Below are positions 1 to 9,438 of a DNA stretch of 64,000 nt, one piece after another; position 1 is the first letter of the stretch, and every line of letters starts with the position of its first letter. Source of the DNA: Arcobacteraceae bacterium (GTDB lineage: Bacteria > Campylobacterota > Campylobacteria > Campylobacterales > Arcobacteraceae); the NCBI GenBank assembly GCA_965224485.1, contig CBDCZH010000013.1, positions 64,001-128,000 of the forward strand. Direction: 5' to 3'. The position numbers were made by a program, and so were the translations under genes. The notes below the pieces were generated by a model. The model was not told the origin of the DNA and did not search any database. It saw only the letters and a list, made by a program, of their open reading frames with translations.

Positions 1-207
1 AACAAACCTTAGTCTTAGTTTCTCTTTTTTTATAAAATCAGAAATCATTTTAACAACTTCCATTATTACAATGAACTCCAACATTAAAATAATTGCTTTG
101 TAAAACTCTAATTGTATTAGTAAAATAAAAACAAAAACTATGATTGCTATTAACATTTCATAATTAGAACTGAAATAATCTTTTATTGTATTTAGTGCTT
201 TTTTCAT
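1..207 (-). CDS. PsiE-family phosphate-starvation-inducible membrane protein (partial, runs off left edge)
   Basis: Manual translation from ATG at 207: MKKALNTIKDYFSSNYEMLIAIIVFVFILLIQLEFYKAIILMLEFIVIMEVVKMISDFIKKEKLRLRFV, open to the edge; hydrophobic; directly downstream of phoU. Confidence 0.65.
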   Translation of the reverse strand, partial: MKKALNTIKDYFSSNYEMLIAIIVFVFILLIQLEFYKAIILMLEFIVIMEVVKMISDFIKKEKLRLRFV

Positions 208-227
208 TTAAAATTATAGCTAATTAA

Positions 228-902
228 CTATGAGATAGCTATTTCTCCTCCAAAATGAGCAAATAACATTAGAGATGAAATACTAACAGCTCTATCTGCT
301 ACTTTTTCTATTCTTCTTAAAGAACTTAAAATATCAAAATAATCTTTTGATAACTCTGCATTTTTTGAAATAAGTTTTAAAATATTCTTTTCAACCATTG
401 CGTATAAATCATCAGTTTTAGACTCTTCTACTAGTGTTTTATTATATAACTCTTCAATTCTTGAGTTCTGTGTATTTAAACAATCTAACATCTCAATCGC
501 ATGAGATAAAGAAGTAAGTGCTGCTTTATTTAAAGGAATTGTATATTCTAAAATTGTAGCAGTATCAAGCTCATCAGAATATGCTTTTCTGAAAGTTTTT
601 AAAAATCCTTTAGTATTAGTACCCGCTCGTATTAATTCATTTGTAATCTTTAAATATGAAACTAAATGTCTTAAATCTTTAGCTTCAGGTGAGTGAAGAG
701 CTAATGTTTTTACAATTAAGTTATCAATAATATTAGATCTCGAAATTAGTTTCTTACTAGAAATTTCTATTGTTTTAAACTCTTCAATATTATTCTCTTT
801 TAAAGCTAATAAAGATAGTTTATTTGCTTGTGTTATTGCATGAGCAATCTCTTTTATTTCTTTTTTAATTAAATCTATTTTTTCTTCGTATGGTTTTAAC
901 AT
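228..902 (-). CDS. phoU: Phosphate signalling protein PhoU family
   Basis: Two helical repeats with PEAKDLR and LRRIEKVADRA motifs; follows pstB. Confidence 0.85.
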   Translation of the reverse strand: MLKPYEEKIDLIKKEIKEIAHAITQANKLSLLALKENNIEEFKTIEISSKKLISRSNIIDNLIVKTLALHSPEAKDLRHLVSYLKITNELIRAGTNTKGFLKTFRKAYSDELDTATILEYTIPLNKAALTSLSHAIEMLDCLNTQNSRIEELYNKTLVEESKTDDLYAMVEKNILKLISKNAELSKDYFDILSSLRRIEKVADRAVSISSLMLFAHFGGEIAIS

Positions 903-1711
903 TATCCGAACCTTCCTGTTATATAATCTTCTGTTTTTGTCTGTGTTGGATTTACAAAAATAGTTTCTGTTTTATCATATTCAATTAGTTTACCTAAGTG
1001 AAAGAATGCAGTCATATCAGCTACACGTGCAGCTTGTTGCATATTATGTGTTACTGTAATTATTGTATATTTTTCTTTTAGCTCTAACATAAGGGCTTCT
1101 ATTTTTTCTGTACTTATTGGGTCAAGTGCTGATGTTGGCTCATCCATCAAAATAATTTCTGGTCTAATAGCCATAGTTCTAGCAATACAAAGTCTTTGCT
1201 GCTGTCCACCTGAGAGAGAAGTCCCTGGTTCTTTTAATTTATCTTTTACTTCATTCCAAAGTCCAGCATCTCTAAGTGATTTTTCAACTAAAGCATCACA
1301 CTCTTTACCTTTTTTAACTAAAAGATGTTTTATAGGAGCATAAGCAACATTTTCATAAATTGATTTTGCAAAAGGATTAGGTTGTTGAAATACCATTCCT
1401 ACTCTTTTTCTAACACTTACTTCATCAACATCTTTATCATAAATATTTTTATTATCTATAATTACTTCACCTTCTATTTTAACAGAGCTTATTAAATCAT
1501 TCATTCTATTTAAACATCTTAAAAAAGTTGATTTTCCACAACCAGATGGGCCTATTAAAGCTGTTATTTTATTTTCATATATAGGAATAGAAATATTATG
1601 TAATGCATGGTTATCTCCGTACCATAGGTTTAACTCTTTTGTATTTATTTTTACTTCTTGTTTATTGTTTGTTTCTTGCGTGTTTTGTGTTTCTTGTATT
1701 TCTTTGCTCAT
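902..1711 (-). CDS. pstB: Phosphate ABC transporter ATP-binding protein
   Basis: GPSGCGKST Walker [24 protein letters not shown]-terminal [10 protein letters not shown]. Confidence 0.97.
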   Translation of the reverse strand: MSKEIQETQNTQETNNKQEVKINTKELNLWYGDNHALHNISIPIYENKITALIGPSGCGKSTFLRCLNRMNDLISSVKIEGEVIIDNKNIYDKDVDEVSVRKRVGMVFQQPNPFAKSIYENVAYAPIKHLLVKKGKECDALVEKSLRDAGLWNEVKDKLKEPGTSLSGGQQQRLCIARTMAIRPEIILMDEPTSALDPISTEKIEALMLELKEKYTIITVTHNMQQAARVADMTAFFHLGKLIEYDKTETIFVNPTQTKTEDYITGRFG

Positions 1712-1790
1712 GTTTCCTCTTTTCTTCAGGGTTATCTTTTTTTATTTCTTATTTCTTTTGTTCATTTTTCATTGTTCTTTTGTCATTCTG

Positions 1791-1993
1791 CCTTCGTTGG
1801 TGCTCGTTCCTCGCACATCAACTACGGTTCCGACAGTACTCTTTCCTTCGTTGGTGCTCGTTCCTCGCACATCAACTTTGGTTCCGACAGTACTCTTTCC
1901 TTCGTTGGTGCTCGTTCCTCGCACATCAACTTTGGTTCCGACAGTACGCTTTCCTTCGTTGGTGCTCGTTCCTCGCACATCAACTACGGTTCC
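1791..1993. repeat. Tandem array of a 54-bp GC-rich imperfect palindrome (about 3.75 copies), REP-like
   Basis: Unit CCTTCGTTGGTGCTCGTTCCTCGCACATCAACTACGGTTCCGACAGTACTCTTT starts at 1791, 1845, 1899, 1953; 28/54 G+C; internal stem GTTG-GTGC/GCAC-AT-CAAC. Confidence 0.95.
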
Positions 1994-2033
1994 AAAGCTA
2001 TAAAAGTGAAGCAGTTCACTTTTATTACGCTTT

Positions 2034-3236
2034 TCACCACTTAACCTCATACTTTTTTCTCAAATAAATTGCTACTGCATTTAGGGATATAAGTATGCTT
2101 AATAAAACCATAATACCAGCGGCAGTTTTTTCTATATACATTCGCTCAGGCATTCCAGACCAAGTAAAAAGTTGTGCTGGCATAACTGTTGCTGCTTCAA
2201 AGATAGATGTTGGAGTATCTGGAATAAATGCAATCATTCCTATAATAATTAAAGGAGCAGTTTCTCCCATAGCTTGTGCTAAACCAATAATAGAACCTGT
2301 TAAAATACCTGGAAAAGCTATTGGCAAAACATGATCTCTGGTTACTTCGATTTTAGTAAGACCTAAACCATAAGCTGCTTGTCTAATAGAATCAGGAACA
2401 GAACGTAAGGCTGCTCGTGAGCTTACTATTATAATAGGTAAGGTCATTAAAGCTAGGGTTAATCCTCCAACTAAAGGTGAGCTTCTTGGCATTCCAAAAA
2501 GGGATATAAAAATAGCAAGTCCTAAAAGACCAAATAAAATAGAAGGAATTGCTGCAAGATTATTAATATTAATTTCAATTATTTGAGTTAATCTATTATC
2601 TTCTGCAAACTCTTCTAAATAAATAGCTGTCATTACTCCAATTGGAAAAGCAACTATCATGGTTACTAGCAGGGTTAAAATTGAACCAATTACAGCTGAT
2701 TTTATTCCTGCATATTCTGGTATTTTAGAATCACCGTTTGTAAAGAATATCTTATTAAACTGTAAATTGACATTTCCTTCTTCTTTCATTTTTTTAAGTA
2801 AGGTAAGTTCTTTTTCTTTTAGTTTATAATAATGACCTTTTAAATATTGATCAACTTGATCATCTGCTAAAACCCAAACTAATTTTGTAGTATTTAAAAG
2901 TTGTGGATTTTGTTTGATTTCTCTTGGAATATTTCTAAGCCAAGCTCGTGATACTATTTTTCTATATTTCTTTTGTATTGCTACTCTTGAGTTCTCTATG
3001 CTCTTTTTGCTGTAATTTACTTCAATTTGAACATAAGCTTGTTGATAAGCTGGCAAACCTTTTGTAATAATATCAGTTAAGAAAAAAAGTAAAAATAGTA
3101 TTGAAAATACTAAAGATCCAAGGGTAAATCTTTTAAATCTTCTTGCACTAGCATGTCTTGAATTTAAACTTGCATCATAAAATGGATTTGTATCTCTTTT
3201 ATTCTTTTTAATATACTTATTATCTCTATTTATCAT
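2034..3236 (-). CDS. pstA: Phosphate ABC transporter permease PstA
   Basis: AIYLEEFA, NLAAIPSILFGLLG, GETAPL motifs. Confidence 0.95.
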   Translation of the reverse strand: MINRDNKYIKKNKRDTNPFYDASLNSRHASARRFKRFTLGSLVFSILFLLFFLTDIITKGLPAYQQAYVQIEVNYSKKSIENSRVAIQKKYRKIVSRAWLRNIPREIKQNPQLLNTTKLVWVLADDQVDQYLKGHYYKLKEKELTLLKKMKEEGNVNLQFNKIFFTNGDSKIPEYAGIKSAVIGSILTLLVTMIVAFPIGVMTAIYLEEFAEDNRLTQIIEININNLAAIPSILFGLLGLAIFISLFGMPRSSPLVGGLTLALMTLPIIIVSSRAALRSVPDSIRQAAYGLGLTKIEVTRDHVLPIAFPGILTGSIIGLAQAMGETAPLIIIGMIAFIPDTPTSIFEAATVMPAQLFTWSGMPERMYIEKTAAGIMVLLSILISLNAVAIYLRKKYEVKW

Positions 3237-4162
3237 AATGTATTCACTTTATATTTTTCTTTGAATTTTCTAATCATAATTAATGATATGATATTTAAAA
3301 CAAGAGTAACTGCAAATAGAACTAAACCTAGGGCAAAAGCACTTAGTGTTGCTGGTGAATTAAATGCCTGATCACCTACAAGTGCATCAACAACTCTAAC
3401 GGTTACTGTTGTCATGTCTTCTAAGGGATTAATAGATAAATTAGGTCGAAGACCTGCTGCCATAACAACAATCATAGTCTCACCTAAAGCTTTAGAAAGT
3501 CCTAAAAGTGAGGCTGAAATTATTCCAGGAAGCGCAGAAGGAAGTACTATGTTTTTAATAGTTTCACCTTGAGTTAAACCTAAACCTAAAGCTGCTTTTC
3601 TCTGTGAGTCTGGAACTGCTCTTATTACATCATCACTTAAAGACGAAATAACAGGAATAATCATAATCCCCATAACCACACCAGAAGCTAAAGCAGAGTT
3701 AAAAGTGGCCTCTAAACCAACGAAATTGGCTGCTTTTACTATTAAAGGTGCAACTGTAATTGCTGCAAAGAAACCATATACAACAGTAGGAATTCCAGCT
3801 AATACTTCTAACATTGGTTTTAAATAATCTCTTGTTCTTGAAGAGGCGTACTCACTCATGTAAATAGCAGAACCAAGTCCAACTGGAATAGCTACTGACA
3901 TTGCTATTAAAGTAATCATAAATGTTCCTGCAAAAATAGGAATAGCACCAAACTTACTATCTTCTACTCCTGGTGACCATTCAGTTCCAGAAATAAAGTA
4001 CCAAAAACTTTTCATTTGAAAAAACTCTATAGCTTCAAATAAAATTGAAAATAGAATTCCAAAAGTTGTTAAAATTGAAATTGTTGATGCAATTATTAAA
4101 AAACTTTTGATTATTTTTTCTTTTAAAAGTGTTGTTTGTTTTTTAGATTCAAAACTTTTCAA
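3233..4162 (-). CDS. pstC: Phosphate ABC transporter permease PstC
   Basis: EVLAGIPTVVYGFFA, ALGETMIVVMAAG motifs. Confidence 0.95.
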   Translation of the reverse strand: MKSFESKKQTTLLKEKIIKSFLIIASTISILTTFGILFSILFEAIEFFQMKSFWYFISGTEWSPGVEDSKFGAIPIFAGTFMITLIAMSVAIPVGLGSAIYMSEYASSRTRDYLKPMLEVLAGIPTVVYGFFAAITVAPLIVKAANFVGLEATFNSALASGVVMGIMIIPVISSLSDDVIRAVPDSQRKAALGLGLTQGETIKNIVLPSALPGIISASLLGLSKALGETMIVVMAAGLRPNLSINPLEDMTTVTVRVVDALVGDQAFNSPATLSAFALGLVLFAVTLVLNIISLIMIRKFKEKYKVNTL

Positions 4163-4190
4163 AAAATACCTTTGTGTTTATTTATGTAAA

Positions 4191-4222
4191 AGTATAAATC
4201 AAAATGGTTACAAAATGGTTAC
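4191..4222 (-). promoter_or_regulatory. Putative Pho-regulated promoter of pstCAB: GTAAC-N6-GTAAC box plus -10 TATACT
   Basis: Plus-strand GTTAC at 4207 and 4218 (11-bp period); minus-strand TATACT at 4191-4196; same spacing as upstream of pstS. Confidence 0.7.
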
Positions 4223-4238
4223 AATAAGTAGGGATAGC

Positions 4239-5969
4239 CTAAAAACTGAGGCATAAAGGTATGTTGTTCTTTTTAGATATTTTTTTAGCAAGGCTAATTG
4301 TAAAATCAAAATTCTCTTTTTTTCTGTGAGAATTTATTTCAATTAAAGCACAAGATACACTTAATAATGAAAATTTTCTTTTAATATTAAATCTATCCTT
4401 TGTTAAAATATAATTATTTTTAATATCTTCTTTCTTATATAAACTTCTAACATTGTCTTTAAAAGTATTTTGCAAGTCTAAGGCTATTTGATATATTTCT
4501 TCACATGATTTATTTTCAAAAGCCACAAAAAAATCGTCTCCTCCAATATGAGCAATAAAAGTCCCAAGATTTAGAGATTTTTTAAGTAATTCAGAAAAAA
4601 TCAAAATTGCTCTATCTCCTTGTCTGAAACCATAATAATCATTAAAAGGTTTAAAATCATTAAAATCAAAATATAATATATGTGTTGTTCTATTTTTATT
4701 TTCAAAAGCATTTAGAATATACTCTTCAATTTTTTCATTTCCAGGAAGTTTTGTTAATGGATTTTGATTTTTTGCTATTTCTATATTTCTTTTGTAAGAT
4801 AAAGATAATAAAGAATTTACAGAAATAAAACCTTTATATTTATTAGCAGAAGTTACGAATATACCTTTTGAATTATTCTCAGAACTATTATATATTTCTA
4901 AAATCTTATCAACTCCCCATTTCTCTTCTACACTTAAAGCATCTTTCATAAAAGATGCTAATTTAGGACTATTTGCTTTATTCTTAGCAAGGGAGTGACC
5001 ATATTGTGAATAAGAAATCTGCTTTATATCCAGTTCATAAATAATACCTTTTATCTGATAATAGGAGTCGATTAAAGGTACAAAAGTGTTTTCAGGATTT
5101 TTTTTAAAATATGTGAATAACTCTTCTAAAGACGCATTCATATCTAAGGATTTTATTTCATCAATATACTCTTTTTTTATACTATTTGTTTTATGAACTC
5201 TTTTATCTTCTTCTATATATTTTATAATATGCTTGTATTTATTCTGCAAGTTTGAAAGCTCATCTTGTGCTTTTTGTACTAAATATCCTTGAATAAAATC
5301 AAGTCCTAGTTCCTTACAAGTATAATACTCTTCTTTACACTCAACTCCTTCAGCTACTACTTTCATTCCCATCATATGTGCCATATTTGTAATAGAAGAG
5401 CAAAAAAGTCTTTTTTTACTATCTTTATGAATATTTGTTATAAAAAATCTATCTATTTTTATTATGTTTGCTTCTGAGAAGTATAAAAGTTTTAAACCAG
5501 ATACTCCTATTCCAAAATCATCAATTGCGATATTAAAACCACTTGTTTTATAATGTTTTATCATTGAACTCATTGCACTTTGTTCAATCATACTTCCTTT
5601 TTCACTTAATTCAAAATAAATTGCATCTTTACTTAAATTAAACTCTTTAAGTATTTTTATTGTGTTTCCAGTTTCATAATTATTATTATAAATAATTCTA
5701 TTATCAAGATTATAAAAAAGTTTTAGATTTGGTATTTTTATTTTTGAGAATTTTTTTATTGCTTTATATCTTAGCGCTAAATCAAAGTCATATAAAACAT
5801 TATCTTCAAAAGCAGTATTAAATAAACTTTGAATATTATGTGTTCCAGCTGCTTCAAATACATTTCTAAGTAATGCTTCAACGGCGTATATTTTTCCAGT
5901 GTGAGTATGGATTATAGCTTGAAAAGAGTATTCGAGTTTAGCTAAAATATTTGTCCATTTTGAATTCAT
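4239..5969 (-). CDS. EAL-CBS-GGDEF c-di-GMP phosphodiesterase/cyclase
   Basis: VEALLR, IAIDDFG, IKIDR, VAEGVE, QGY (EAL); CBS-like middle; NPLTKLPGN, FKPFNDYYG, GGDDF. Confidence 0.9.
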   Translation of the reverse strand: MNSKWTNILAKLEYSFQAIIHTHTGKIYAVEALLRNVFEAAGTHNIQSLFNTAFEDNVLYDFDLALRYKAIKKFSKIKIPNLKLFYNLDNRIIYNNNYETGNTIKILKEFNLSKDAIYFELSEKGSMIEQSAMSSMIKHYKTSGFNIAIDDFGIGVSGLKLLYFSEANIIKIDRFFITNIHKDSKKRLFCSSITNMAHMMGMKVVAEGVECKEEYYTCKELGLDFIQGYLVQKAQDELSNLQNKYKHIIKYIEEDKRVHKTNSIKKEYIDEIKSLDMNASLEELFTYFKKNPENTFVPLIDSYYQIKGIIYELDIKQISYSQYGHSLAKNKANSPKLASFMKDALSVEEKWGVDKILEIYNSSENNSKGIFVTSANKYKGFISVNSLLSLSYKRNIEIAKNQNPLTKLPGNEKIEEYILNAFENKNRTTHILYFDFNDFKPFNDYYGFRQGDRAILIFSELLKKSLNLGTFIAHIGGDDFFVAFENKSCEEIYQIALDLQNTFKDNVRSLYKKEDIKNNYILTKDRFNIKRKFSLLSVSCALIEINSHRKKENFDFTISLAKKISKKNNIPLCLSF

Positions 5970-6082
5970 GTTATGCCTTTTTCATGATTCCATACTTAGA
6001 TTTTTATCTCTTTGTTCGCAGCTTAAAACAGATAAAAACCTAAGTATAGAATCATAAAGAGAACTTCTCTTTATGATTTTCT

Positions 6083-7141
6083 TTATTTTTTACTTAAGTC
6101 TTTAAGTGTTAACTTAGTTCTTGAAGATACACTATTTCTAATATTACTTCTTCTTGAATTTGGTAAAGCAATAAGACCAATTTCTCCTAATATACCATCA
6201 CTACCTATCATGTTTTCACTCATAAACATTGAAATATACTTATTCATTGCAGGTACATTTTTACTATGAGAGTTTTTAACATAGAAGAATAAAGATCTAG
6301 ATATTGGATATTTCCCAGATGATATTGTTTTAGGAGTTGGTAAAACACCATTAACTTTAGCACCAATTAACTTATCATCATTTTCAATTAAAAAAGAGTA
6401 ACCAAAAATTCCAAAAGCATTTTTATTTTTAGTAAGTTTTCTTACAATAATATTATCATTTTCACCTGATGGAACATATACACCATCTTGTCTAACTTTA
6501 TGATATTTTTTATAAGCTTTGAATTTCTTCTTATCACTTTTATAAAGATTTGTATAAACTGACATTTTTTTGAAAGTACCTTTTAAAACCATATCTTCAA
6601 AAGCATCTCTAGTTCCTGATGATGTAGGAGGACCATAAATTATAATTTCTCTATCAGGTAAAGTTGCATCAATTTGATTCCATCTTTTATATGGATTTTT
6701 AACTAATGATTTACCATCTTTAGAAGGAACTTCAGCAGCAACAGCTAATGCTAACTGTTTTTTATTTACAGAAAATGCTTTATTTGATTTATCTTGAGCA
6801 AAAGCAATACCATCAAAGCCAATAACAGCTTCTGTTATATCAGTAACACCATTTTTCTCACACATCTTGAATTCTTTTGTTTTCATTCTTCTTGATGCGT
6901 TTGTAATATCAGGAGTATTCATACCATTACCAGCACAAAATAGTTTCATTCCTCCACCTGAACCAGTTGATTCAACAACAGGAGTAGGGTACTTAGAAGT
7001 TGCTCCTAATTCTTCAGCCACTGAGCTTGAAAAAGGGTAAACAGTTGATGAACCAACAATCTTAATTTGGTCTCTTGCACTTAAGCTTACACTTAAAGCA
7101 GCACTTGCTAATAAAACTATTGCAGTTTTCTTCATTGTCAT
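6083..7141 (-). CDS. pstS: Phosphate ABC transporter substrate-binding protein
   Basis: Signal peptide; IVGSSTVYP, STGSGGG, NASR, SSGTRDAF, YPISRSLFFY. Confidence 0.93.
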   Translation of the reverse strand: MTMKKTAIVLLASAALSVSLSARDQIKIVGSSTVYPFSSSVAEELGATSKYPTPVVESTGSGGGMKLFCAGNGMNTPDITNASRRMKTKEFKMCEKNGVTDITEAVIGFDGIAFAQDKSNKAFSVNKKQLALAVAAEVPSKDGKSLVKNPYKRWNQIDATLPDREIIIYGPPTSSGTRDAFEDMVLKGTFKKMSVYTNLYKSDKKKFKAYKKYHKVRQDGVYVPSGENDNIIVRKLTKNKNAFGIFGYSFLIENDDKLIGAKVNGVLPTPKTISSGKYPISRSLFFYVKNSHSKNVPAMNKYISMFMSENMIGSDGILGEIGLIALPNSRRSNIRNSVSSRTKLTLKDLSKK

Positions 7142-7170
7142 TTTAATTCTCCGTAAAATTTAGATGAAGA

Positions 7171-7202
7171 ATTATAAACTAAGAGAGTTACAGTTTGGTT
7201 AC
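7171..7202 (-). promoter_or_regulatory. Putative Pho-regulated promoter of pstS: GTAAC-N6-GTAAC box plus -10 TATAAT
   Basis: Plus-strand GTTAC at 7187 and 7198; minus-strand TATAAT at 7171-7176; identical spacing to the pstC promoter. Confidence 0.7.
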
Positions 7203-7212
7203 TAAATAATTT

Positions 7213-7833
7213 TTATGAAAGTTTGATTAAATCAAATAAAGAGTAAGCAATAAAAAGCATTAAAAAACCAATACTTAAATCAAGTATCTTCCATGTTAAG
7301 GGTTTTTTAAATAAAGGAATTAAAACTCTAGCTCCATAAGCTAAAGATAAAAACCAAAAAGCAGAAGCACAAGTGGCACCTATGATAAAATAAATTTTTA
7401 ATTCATTTTGAAGATTCGCACCAATACCACCTATTAGTAAAATGGTATCTAGATAGGTATGTGGATTTAAAAAAGTAAATACTAGAACTAGGGTAATAAC
7501 TTCTTTTACAGGATTTGTTTTAGCCTTAGTATCTATTTGTAAACTTTCATTTTCTAGGGCTTTTTTAAATGAAGTAAAGGCATAAAAAATTAAAAAAAGT
7601 ATTCCAAATATTGCAATAGAGTTGATTAAAACCTGATTTCCCTGAATAAAGAATCCAAGTCCATAAACTCCTGCACTTATTAATAAAGCATCAAATAATA
7701 TACACATAAGAGCTGCTTTTAAAACATGTTGTTTTAAAAGTCCAAGTTTTAGAATATAAGCATTTTGTGCACCAATTGCAATAATTAGTGTAATTGTTAC
7801 AATGAAACCTTTTAATAAAACTTGTTCAATCAT
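7213..7833 (-). CDS. LysE/ArgO family amino-acid exporter
   Basis: LIIAIGAQNAYIL, TFLNPHTYLDT, SAFWF motifs. Confidence 0.9.
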   Translation of the reverse strand: MIEQVLLKGFIVTITLIIAIGAQNAYILKLGLLKQHVLKAALMCILFDALLISAGVYGLGFFIQGNQVLINSIAIFGILFLIFYAFTSFKKALENESLQIDTKAKTNPVKEVITLVLVFTFLNPHTYLDTILLIGGIGANLQNELKIYFIIGATCASAFWFLSLAYGARVLIPLFKKPLTWKILDLSIGFLMLFIAYSLFDLIKLS

Positions 7834-7834
7834 T

Positions 7835-8470
7835 TTAGATATATACCTTTGCTAAAGTGATAATCCCACTTATAATAAATTGAACAGCAATGGCTCCAAC
7901 AATTAAACCCATAAGTTTAGTAATAACATTTTGTCCAGTAAGTCCAAGATACTTTTTTATGTAAATTGAATTCTTGAGTGTTAAATAAAAAATAAAAGCA
8001 TTTATAATAAAAGCAAACGATATAGAGACTAAATCAGTAAAAGTTTGGGCTTGCTGTTTAAAAATAATAATAGTAGTAAATAATCCAGCACCAAAAGCAA
8101 TAGGAACACCAATTGGAATAATAGATAATTCATCATGGTCTTTTATCTCAATTTCTTCATCTTTTGACGGTTTTTTACTCTTAGTATTTGAATTTACCAT
8201 AGATATTGCCATAAGTAATAAAATAATACCACCCATAACTTTTAGAGAATTTTGATCTATTCCAAAGATTTTAAGAACTAAATCACCTGTAATTAATACT
8301 ATGAAAAAGGCAATTATAATTGTTAATGTGGATTTATAGGCAACTTTGGAAATATCTTTTTTACTAATATCAGCACTTAAAATAGATAAAGCAATTGCAG
8401 ATATTCCTATTGGATCTAATATTGCAAAAAATGTAATACTTTGTTGTAAAAAAGATGATAAAAATTCCAT
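7835..8470 (-). CDS. MarC family membrane protein
   Basis: FAILDPIG, GGIILLLMAISM, IIPIGVP, TKLMGLIVGAIAVQFI. Confidence 0.9.
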   Translation of the reverse strand: MEFLSSFLQQSITFFAILDPIGISAIALSILSADISKKDISKVAYKSTLTIIIAFFIVLITGDLVLKIFGIDQNSLKVMGGIILLLMAISMVNSNTKSKKPSKDEEIEIKDHDELSIIPIGVPIAFGAGLFTTIIIFKQQAQTFTDLVSISFAFIINAFIFYLTLKNSIYIKKYLGLTGQNVITKLMGLIVGAIAVQFIISGIITLAKVYI

Positions 8471-9438
8471 TAACTTATTCCGCCTTTTTGTGACATTCTT
8501 TTCTCTAACTTATGCCCTATGAATGTTAGGGTGAAAGTAAGTGTTAAATATACTAAAGCTATAACTATCCATGTTTCAAAAGGAGAGAAGGTATTTGCAA
8601 CTATCTCTTTTCCCACTTTTGTTAAATCAGTTATGGATATAACTGATACAAGTGAAGAATCTTTAACTAAAGATATCATTTCTCCAACAAGTGTAGGTAA
8701 AGCTCTTTTAAATGCTTGAGGTAAAATAATATGTCTCATAGCAGCAAAATGTGAGATTCCTAAAGATGAAGCAGCTTCGAGCTGTCCCTTATCAATTGAT
8801 TGAATAGCACCTCTTAGTATTTCTGCCATATAAGCTGCGAAAAATATTCCTAAAGATAAAACACCTGCAACAAAACGGTCTAATTCAAATATATTTGCAA
8901 CTATAAAATAAAATAGAAATATTTGAACAAGTAAGGGGGTTCCCCTAATTAAAGTAATATAAACAGAGGCTATATCTTTTAAAAACTGATATGAAGATAG
9001 TTTCATAAAAGCTAGTAAAATTCCTAAAACAAAGGTTAATATTGCTGAGAAAAATGATATTTTTAATGTTATCCATAAACCATTGATTATAGGACCCGTT
9101 TTAGTTTCAGTATATGTGGCAATTATATCACCTTCATAAACATCTTCATTAATACTATAATCAAAAGTGTATTTATCATTAGCTTCTAGTTCTTGTTTTT
9201 CATCACCAAGAATATAATAAACTCCGTTTTCAAGAATCAGTTTCCCATCAATTTGGGCTTCTACTTCTAAGTTGTCTTCATAAAAAAAGTATTTTGGTAC
9301 TGAATTCCATTTCCAAATATAGTTCATATTTGAAGCAGCGCTATAAAATCCATATGCCACACTTAAGAAAAACATTAGGGCAAGAAAATGCCCTATGTTT
9401 TTATTCTTTAAAAAAGATTGAATTTTGTCTTGTGACAT
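8470..9438 (-). CDS. Polar amino-acid ABC transporter permease
   Basis: IRGTPLLVQ, AYMAEILRGAIQSI, GQLEAA, LVKDSSL. Confidence 0.92.
   Translation of the reverse strand: MSQDKIQSFLKNKNIGHFLALMFFLSVAYGFYSAASNMNYIWKWNSVPKYFFYEDNLEVEAQIDGKLILENGVYYILGDEKQELEANDKYTFDYSINEDVYEGDIIATYTETKTGPIINGLWITLKISFFSAILTFVLGILLAFMKLSSYQFLKDIASVYITLIRGTPLLVQIFLFYFIVANIFELDRFVAGVLSLGIFFAAYMAEILRGAIQSIDKGQLEAASSLGISHFAAMRHIILPQAFKRALPTLVGEMISLVKDSSLVSVISITDLTKVGKEIVANTFSPFETWIVIALVYLTLTFTLTFIGHKLEKRMSQKGGIS

Noticed and set aside
1791..1993. CRISPR array
   Set aside because: No unique spacers (inter-palindrome segments are near-identical) and no cas genes in the window
1603..2067. Three plus-strand ORFs across the repeat
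   Set aside because: Antisense to the pst operon, overlap pstB, and arise from a stop-free repeat
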